This document shows positions 58,475 to 64,000 of a DNA stretch of 64,000 bases, one piece after another. A model generated the notes under the pieces. It saw nothing but the letters and a program-made list of their open reading frames with translations. It was not told where the DNA came from and searched no databases. The number at the start of each line of letters is the position of its first letter. Within the stretch, counting starts at the first letter, position 1. A program made the position numbers and the translations under genes. Source of the DNA: Nitrospirota bacterium (GTDB lineage Bacteria > Nitrospirota > Thermodesulfovibrionia > Thermodesulfovibrionales > JdFR-88). The stretch covers positions 3,230 through 67,229 of the forward strand of contig JAKAJM010000001.1 of the NCBI GenBank assembly GCA_021813765.1. The letters are read 5' to 3'.

Positions 58475-59574
58475 GACTAATTGAGAACCTGGAAAGTGTG
58501 GAAAAACATTATGGGGAGCTTGCTGAAGAGCTCTCCAGGCCTGAGGTCATACAGAACCGGGAGCTTTACCAGAAACTCTCCCGCGAGCAGGCGGAGCTGT
58601 ATCCTCTTGTGGAGGAGATAAAGAGATATAAAAAACTCCTTGCGGACATGGAGGAAGCGGAAGAGCTGCTTGGCAGCGGGGACGAGGAGCTTAGGAAACT
58701 GGCCATCGAGGAGCTGGATGAGCTTAAGCGGGAACGGCCGGATTTCGAAAAGAACCTGACCCTGATGCTCATCCCAAAGGACCGCCGGGACGAAAAAAAC
58801 GTTATCCTGGAGATAAGGGCTGGCACCGGCGGCGAGGAGGCGGCGCTCTTTGCCTCCGAGCTCTTCAGGATGTACTCAAAATATGCCGAGGTCAAGAGGT
58901 GGAAGGTGGAGGTCATAGACTCAAGCGTCACCGGCCTTGGAGGGATAAAAGAGGTGGTGGCCTCCATACAGGGCAGGGGGGCCTTCAGCAGGCTTAAATT
59001 CGAAAGCGGGGTGCACAGGGTGCAGAGGGTCCCGGCCACCGAGGCATCCGGCAGGATACACACCTCCGCGGCCACCGTGGCGGTGCTGCCCGAGGCCGAG
59101 GACGTGGACCTCAGGATAGAGGAAAAGGACCTGAGGATAGACACCTTCTGCGCGGGCGGGCACGGGGGGCAGAGCGTAAACACCACGTATTCGGCCGTAA
59201 GGATAGTGCATATACCCACCGGAGTGGTGGTGCAGTGCCAGGACGAGCGCTCCCAGCTTAAAAACAGGGAAAAGGCCATGAAGGTGCTGCGCGCCAGGAT
59301 CTACGAGATCGAGCAGGAGAAGCTCGAAGAGGAACGCGCCAGGGAGAGAAAATCGCAGGTGGGCACCGGGGACCGCAGCCAGCGCATAAGGACGTACAAC
59401 TATCCCCAGAACCGCGTGACGGACCACCGGATCGGGCTTACCCTCTACAAGCTGGACCGCTTTCTGGAGGGCGAGATGGACGAGATGATAGACAGCCTCA
59501 TCGCCTATTTCCAGACCGAAAAACTCAAGGAGATCTCGGCCCTTGACGGAAGCCCGGATGGCAAGGGCGCTTGA
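58471..59574 (+). CDS. prfA: peptide chain release factor 1
   Basis: [14 protein letters not shown] tripeptide, [17 protein letters not shown]. Confidence 0.97.
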   Translation: MRLIENLESVEKHYGELAEELSRPEVIQNRELYQKLSREQAELYPLVEEIKRYKKLLADMEEAEELLGSGDEELRKLAIEELDELKRERPDFEKNLTLMLIPKDRRDEKNVILEIRAGTGGEEAALFASELFRMYSKYAEVKRWKVEVIDSSVTGLGGIKEVVASIQGRGAFSRLKFESGVHRVQRVPATEASGRIHTSAATVAVLPEAEDVDLRIEEKDLRIDTFCAGGHGGQSVNTTYSAVRIVHIPTGVVVQCQDERSQLKNREKAMKVLRARIYEIEQEKLEEERARERKSQVGTGDRSQRIRTYNYPQNRVTDHRIGLTLYKLDRFLEGEMDEMIDSLIAYFQTEKLKEISALDGSPDGKGA

Positions 59575-60439
59575 GGCCCTTAAATACGCCATAGACTTCC
59601 TGGCGGGCCTCGGGATAAAAGAGGCAAAAGAGGAGGCCCGCGCGATCCTTAAAGACGGCCTGGGCATTGACATCCTTGTCCTCTACAGGGACAACCCGCC
59701 TTTGACAGCCTGGGACGTCCAAAAATTAAACGAAATACTGGAAAGAAGGAAAAAGCGCGAGCCCCTTCAATACATCCTGGGGTTTGTCTGGTTTTACGGT
59801 CTTAAGATAATGGTTGGGCGGGGCGCCCTCATACCGAGGCCGGAAACGGAGATACTGGTCCGTGAGGCGCTGGATCGGGCCGGCAGGCTCAAGGCGGGCA
59901 AAGACAGGGAGGCCCGGATGCGCGTGCTTGACCTCTGTACGGGAAGCGGCGCGATAGCCCTGGCCCTGGCCAAAAACCTTCCGGATGCGCAGGTCACCGC
60001 CGTGGACATCTCCGAAGACGCCCTGGAATGGGCGCGGAAGAACAGGGAATTTAACGGCGTGGAAGAAAACCTCCGTCTTTTGAAAGGGGACCTCTTTGAG
60101 CCGGCCGGGCAGGAGCGCTTCAGCATCATCACCGCCAACCCTCCCTATATAAAGGACAGGCTCATAGAGAGCCTGGAGCCCGAAGTAAGCTGCTGGGAAC
60201 CCAGGGTCGCCTTAAGCGGCGGCGAAAGCGGTCTGGCCCTGACCGAAAACATCATCCGCCAGGCCCCGGACCACCTTGAGCCGGGCGGATACCTGCTTAT
60301 GGAGATGGCAGGGGGGACGGACACCGGCCTTGTTGCCGCCCTGAGCGCCCAAGCCGGGCTCATGGTGGAAAGTATAGTCAGGGACCTGGCCGGCTGGGAA
60401 AGGGTGTTCATAGCCCGGAAGCCGGAAAAAGTACGGTAG
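59558..60439 (+). CDS. prmC: release factor glutamine methyltransferase
   Basis: [27 protein letters not shown]. Confidence 0.95.
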   Translation: MARALEALKYAIDFLAGLGIKEAKEEARAILKDGLGIDILVLYRDNPPLTAWDVQKLNEILERRKKREPLQYILGFVWFYGLKIMVGRGALIPRPETEILVREALDRAGRLKAGKDREARMRVLDLCTGSGAIALALAKNLPDAQVTAVDISEDALEWARKNREFNGVEENLRLLKGDLFEPAGQERFSIITANPPYIKDRLIESLEPEVSCWEPRVALSGGESGLALTENIIRQAPDHLEPGGYLLMEMAGGTDTGLVAALSAQAGLMVESIVRDLAGWERVFIARKPEKVR

Positions 60440-60568
60440 AGACGCCAGCGCCCGATAAAGGGTGCTTTTCTTGACTTTGACCTTCTTCTAATGTAAATTT
60501 TTCTTAAATTGCGTTAGCCGCCCCTAAGATCTTAAAAAATTTGAGCAAAAAGGCCGGGAAAAGGACAA

Positions 60569-61666
60569 ATGGCAAAGATCAAAGTCGCTGTCATCGGCGT
60601 CGGCAATTGCGCTAGCTCCCTTATCCAGGGGATCGAACATTACAAGGGGCTGCGCACGGGGCACCCGGAGGCGGCCCTGGGCCTCATGAATCATAAGATA
60701 GGCCCTTATGCTCCCGGGGACATCGAGGTGGCCGCTGCCTTCGATATAGACAAAAGGAAGGTGGGCAAGCCCCTTTATGAGGCCATTTTTGCGGCACCGA
60801 ACTGCACCAAACGGATAGCAGGCAGGGCATTTGGCAAAAAAGGGCCCGTAGTCGAAATGGGCCATGTCCTGGACAGCATCTCCGGGCATATGGCGGACTA
60901 CCCGGAGGAGAAGCGTTTTGTCCCCGCGCGGAAAAAACCGGTCAACATAGCGGATGTGCTTAAAAAGACCGGCGCCCGGATACTTATCAACTATCTGCCT
61001 GTGGGCTCCGAGCAGGCGGTGCGCTTTTATGCGGGGGAGGCGCTCAAGGCCGGCGCGGGTTTCATAAACTGCATGCCGGTTTTCATAGCGTCCAGCGAGG
61101 AATGGGCCGGGCGGTTCAAGGAAAAGGGACTGCCCATAATAGGCGATGACATTAAAAGCCAGATAGGGGCGACCATAATCCACCGCACGCTTGCCAGGCT
61201 TTTTGAGGACAGGGGCGTGAAGCTGGACAGGACCTATCAGCTCAATGTGGGCGGAAACACCGATTTCCTCAATATGCTTAACGCAAGCAGGCTTAAATCC
61301 AAGAAGATATCGAAGACACAGTCCGTCCAGAGCCAGATGAGCTCCCCCCTCAGGGCCGACGACATACACATAGGTCCGTCCGATTATGTGCCATGGCTTT
61401 GTGACAATAAGGTCTGCTTCATCCGCATGGAGGCCCGCATATTCGGCAACATCCCCATAGACCTTGAGCTCAGGCTCTCGGTCGAGGACTCGCCAAACAG
61501 CGCTGGTGTCGTAATAGACGCCATACGCTGCATGCAGCTCGCCCTGGACCGCAAAATGGGCGGGATACTGTCCGCGCCATCCGCCTATTTCATGAAGCAC
61601 CCGCCCAGGCAGTTCCCGGACGCGGCCGCAAAAACGATGGTGCAGGACTTCATCGCGGGAAAATAA
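60569..61666 (+). CDS. ino1: myo-inositol-1-phosphate synthase
   Basis: GVGNCASSL, NYLPVGSE, GDDIKSQ, QLNVGGNTDF, EDSPNSAG. Confidence 0.95.
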   Translation: MAKIKVAVIGVGNCASSLIQGIEHYKGLRTGHPEAALGLMNHKIGPYAPGDIEVAAAFDIDKRKVGKPLYEAIFAAPNCTKRIAGRAFGKKGPVVEMGHVLDSISGHMADYPEEKRFVPARKKPVNIADVLKKTGARILINYLPVGSEQAVRFYAGEALKAGAGFINCMPVFIASSEEWAGRFKEKGLPIIGDDIKSQIGATIIHRTLARLFEDRGVKLDRTYQLNVGGNTDFLNMLNASRLKSKKISKTQSVQSQMSSPLRADDIHIGPSDYVPWLCDNKVCFIRMEARIFGNIPIDLELRLSVEDSPNSAGVVIDAIRCMQLALDRKMGGILSAPSAYFMKHPPRQFPDAAAKTMVQDFIAGK

Positions 61667-61671
61667 GGTTT

Positions 61672-62361
61672 TTGATGATCTCTTCCCGTCTTGCCCGCCG
61701 CATGGAAAAGCCTCTCCTGCCCGCCATGAAGAGGATAAAGGCAAGCCCGAACGCACTGACACTGGCCGGTTTCCTCATAACCACGGCGGGAGCATACGTC
61801 CTGGCGCACGACCTGAGGGCGGGCGGGCTGATTATCCTCCTTGGCAGCCTGTTTGACAGTTTTGACGGTATGGTGGCAAGGGCAAACGGCAAGGAAAGCG
61901 CGTTTGGCGCCTACCTGGATTCGGTTCTGGACCGCTACTCGGACGCCTTTATCTTTCTTGGTCTTGCATATAACCTGAGGACAGAGCCGGTGGCCGCCGC
62001 GCTTTGCCTTGGCACGCTCGCAGGCGCTTTTCTGGTCAGTTATACCAGGGCCAGGGCGGAAGGTCTGGGCGCGGAGTGCAAAGTGGGTATCATGGAGCGG
62101 CCCGAGAGGATAATGCTTGTCACAGCGGGCTCCATCTTCGGGTTCATCGTGCCTGCCCTGTGGGCGCTTTTTGTGTTAACGCATTTTACCGCGCTTCAGA
62201 GGATGGCCCATGCAAGAAAGGCCCTGGCCGGGGAAAAGGGAAAAGAGAAAATGAAAGCCGTGCGCCCCTCCATAATTACGGTAAAGAAAAAAAATCTGTC
62301 CAGGCAGATGGAGGGCAAAGGGAAGGCAGGCCGTTACGGCGAGTCGGAGAAAAAAACCTGA
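61672..62361 (+). CDS. CDP-alcohol phosphatidyltransferase (phosphatidylinositol-phosphate synthase-like)
   Basis: PNALT, DSFDGMVAR...GAYLDSVLDR, VSYTRARAE, ERPER. Confidence 0.88.
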   Translation: MMISSRLARRMEKPLLPAMKRIKASPNALTLAGFLITTAGAYVLAHDLRAGGLIILLGSLFDSFDGMVARANGKESAFGAYLDSVLDRYSDAFIFLGLAYNLRTEPVAAALCLGTLAGAFLVSYTRARAEGLGAECKVGIMERPERIMLVTAGSIFGFIVPALWALFVLTHFTALQRMAHARKALAGEKGKEKMKAVRPSIITVKKKNLSRQMEGKGKAGRYGESEKKT

Positions 62362-62460
62362 TACGGGCAGATACCTCTGCCTTGCCCCACAGATCTGACG
62401 CAGACCCCCCATGCCTCCCGTAATTTGCTTTTAAATCCGCCGGTATGATATAACTTATGC

Positions 62461-62540
62461 ACAGCTCCTTGCTCCCGGGGGTAGCCAGAAACGGGGGCTA
62501 TGGCCGCATTAAGGCGGCCTAATATCCAGAAGGAGGTTTT
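62461..62540 (+). ncRNA. putative S6:S18 ribosomal protein leader
   Basis: CTCCTT-GCTCCC 5' arm complementary to the AAGGAG SD of rpsF, with two internal hairpins. Confidence 0.55.
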
Positions 62541-62545
62541 TAAGG

Positions 62546-62911
62546 GTGAATTATTACGAAAACACCGTAATCCTCGACGACACGCTTTCCGAAGAAGACC
62601 TGCGCGCGGCAATCGAAAAGATAAAGGGCGTGATGCAGGACGCCGGAGGACAGATAGTAAAGACGGACGAATGGGGCATGAGGAAGCTTGCCTACGAGCT
62701 CAACAAGCGTAAAAGGGGATTTTATGTCCTTTACAGCCTTAAGGCGCCTTCAAGCGCCATCCAGAGGCTTGAAGAGTTCTATAAGATATATGACCCGGTT
62801 ATGAAGCACATGGTCATAAGGCTTGAGAAAAAGCAGGCCCGGGCACTTGAGGCAAGCATTCAGGCGGCGGCAGCGCCTTCCGAGCCCGCTCCGGAGGAAA
62901 AGGCGCAGTAG
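62546..62911 (+). CDS. rpsF: 30S ribosomal protein S6
   Basis: YE, WGMRKLAYEL, GFY. Confidence 0.95.
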   Translation: MNYYENTVILDDTLSEEDLRAAIEKIKGVMQDAGGQIVKTDEWGMRKLAYELNKRKRGFYVLYSLKAPSSAIQRLEEFYKIYDPVMKHMVIRLEKKQARALEASIQAAAAPSEPAPEEKAQ

Positions 62912-62932
62912 GGCAGGGAAAAGAGAAAGAAA

Positions 62933-63340
62933 ATGTTCAATAAGGTCATTTTCGCAGGGAACCTGACGCGCGACCCGGAGCTGAGATACAGCGCCCAAGG
63001 CACGCCGGTCTGCAGTTTCAGTCTGGCTGTGAACTCCAGGGTGAAGCAGGGGCAGGAATGGAAGGACGAGGTCCTGTTCATGGACATAGTTGTTTTCGGG
63101 AAGCAGGCGGAGAGCTGCGGCCAGTACCTCTCCAAAGGCAGGCCTGCGCTGGTGGAAGGCAGGCTTCGGGAGCGGCGCTGGGAGCATGACGGGCAGCAGA
63201 GGGTTAAGTTCGAGGTGCTGGCCCAGACGGTTCGCTTCCTTGGCGCGTCTGGAGGCAAGCGCCAGGCGGAAAGCACCGGTGCGCAGGGGCCGGACGCCTA
63301 TATGCCGCCCCCGGACGACGCGATAGACGAGCCTTTCTGA
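62933..63340 (+). CDS. ssb: single-stranded DNA-binding protein
   Basis: NKV...GNLTRDPELRY, YLSKG, VEGRL, acidic DEPF tail. Confidence 0.96.
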   Translation: MFNKVIFAGNLTRDPELRYSAQGTPVCSFSLAVNSRVKQGQEWKDEVLFMDIVVFGKQAESCGQYLSKGRPALVEGRLRERRWEHDGQQRVKFEVLAQTVRFLGASGGKRQAESTGAQGPDAYMPPPDDAIDEPF

Positions 63341-63399
63341 TTTTTTGAGCCGGAAAAGAAAAAATAAAAAATAAAATTTTCGGGATATAAGGAGAATAG

Positions 63400-63642
63400 A
63401 TGAACAAGGTAAGCAAAGGTCCAAGGAAGTTTACCAACAGGAGGAAGTTCTGCAGGTTCTGCTCTGAGAAGATCGAGTTTATCGATTACAAGGACCTGAA
63501 GGGCTTGAGGACGTATGTGACGGACAGGGGGAAGATCCTGCCCAGGAGGATGACCGGCGTTTGCGCGCTTCACCAGAGGGAGCTGACGACCGCCGTCATG
63601 AGGGCAAGGAACATCGCCCTTCTGCCCTTCGTTGAAAAGTAG
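63400..63642 (+). CDS. rpsR: 30S ribosomal protein S18
   Basis: [29 protein letters not shown]. Confidence 0.97.
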   Translation: MNKVSKGPRKFTNRRKFCRFCSEKIEFIDYKDLKGLRTYVTDRGKILPRRMTGVCALHQRELTTAVMRARNIALLPFVEK

Positions 63643-63663
63643 AAGAGGCCGGATGGCAAGCCG

Positions 63664-63945
63664 ATGAGAATACCCAAAACCTGGGTAAAGCCGCTGACAG
63701 AAAAGATAATAGGCAAACTCGTGAGCGAGGGGCTTGTGGAGCCTTCGGTCCCGATGGACACCCTTGTTTCGGAGGCCGAGGCTATCATGCTCGATGAGCT
63801 CATGGTAGAAGACAGGCTTAATGACGAGGTAAGGGGACTTCTCAAGAAGTACGAAGGCGACATAGAAAAAGGAAGGCTGGACTACAGGAAGATGTTCGAC
63901 CTTACCAAACAGAAGCTGGTCAGGGAAAGGAACCTGGTGCTCTGA
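63664..63945 (+). CDS. DUF507 family protein
   Basis: EDRLNDEVR...LDYRKMF...K...LVRER pattern. Confidence 0.75.
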   Translation: MRIPKTWVKPLTEKIIGKLVSEGLVEPSVPMDTLVSEAEAIMLDELMVEDRLNDEVRGLLKKYEGDIEKGRLDYRKMFDLTKQKLVRERNLVL

Positions 63946-64000
63946 TGCTTTCCGATGAGAAGGTGACGCATCTGAGCCATGTGCTTCTCAAGGGGCTTCT
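63945..64000 (+). CDS. second DUF507-like protein (partial, runs off the window)
   Basis: TGATG coupling to the upstream gene; MLSDEKVTHLSHVLL. Confidence 0.6.
   Translation, partial: MLSDEKVTHLSHVLLKGL

Overview
This is a 64-kb chromosomal window from a GC-rich, LPS-producing (lpxC) and probably anaerobic bacterium. Gene content and order suggest a Nitrospirota/Thermodesulfovibrionia-like or deltaproteobacteria-like lineage (inference only). About 65 CDS are supportable, mostly housekeeping: truB, transaldolase, rng, ugd, rarA, mtnP, tldD, lpxC, nfo, rmuC, rpiB-glyA-nrdR, a three-gene glutamate synthase, rpmE-DUF1385-prfA-prmC, ino1 with a CDP-alcohol transferase, and rpsF-ssb-rpsR. I saw no tRNA, rRNA, CRISPR array, transposase or integrase. 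The most interesting signals are: (1) a modular set of non-autonomous CTAG-bounded miniature inverted-repeat elements, most carrying YGTCATTCC...GGAATGAC palindromic cores, which swap arms, stack, nest and sit on stop codons; (2) a divergent nickel/cobalt locus with nikR-nikMNQO (NikO fused to a His-rich tract and an HWxxHNxxH domain) back-to-back with a B12-riboswitch operon (cbiM, cbiN-like, Cys-rich protein, outer-membrane barrel) that lacks cbiQO; (3) about ten genes with a -10 box 5-8 nt before the start codon, suggesting leaderless mRNAs; (4) a consensus sigma-54 promoter directly before lpxC and a degenerate NtrC-like regulator; (5) a histone-H1-like PAAKK-repeat protein hidden inside a spurious longer ORF; (6) a patch of toxin-antitoxin and nuclease fragments next to an intact MNT-HEPN pair; and (7) a structured 5' leader on an uncharacterised AAA+ ATPase. 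All calls come from reading motifs by eye; no database searches were run.
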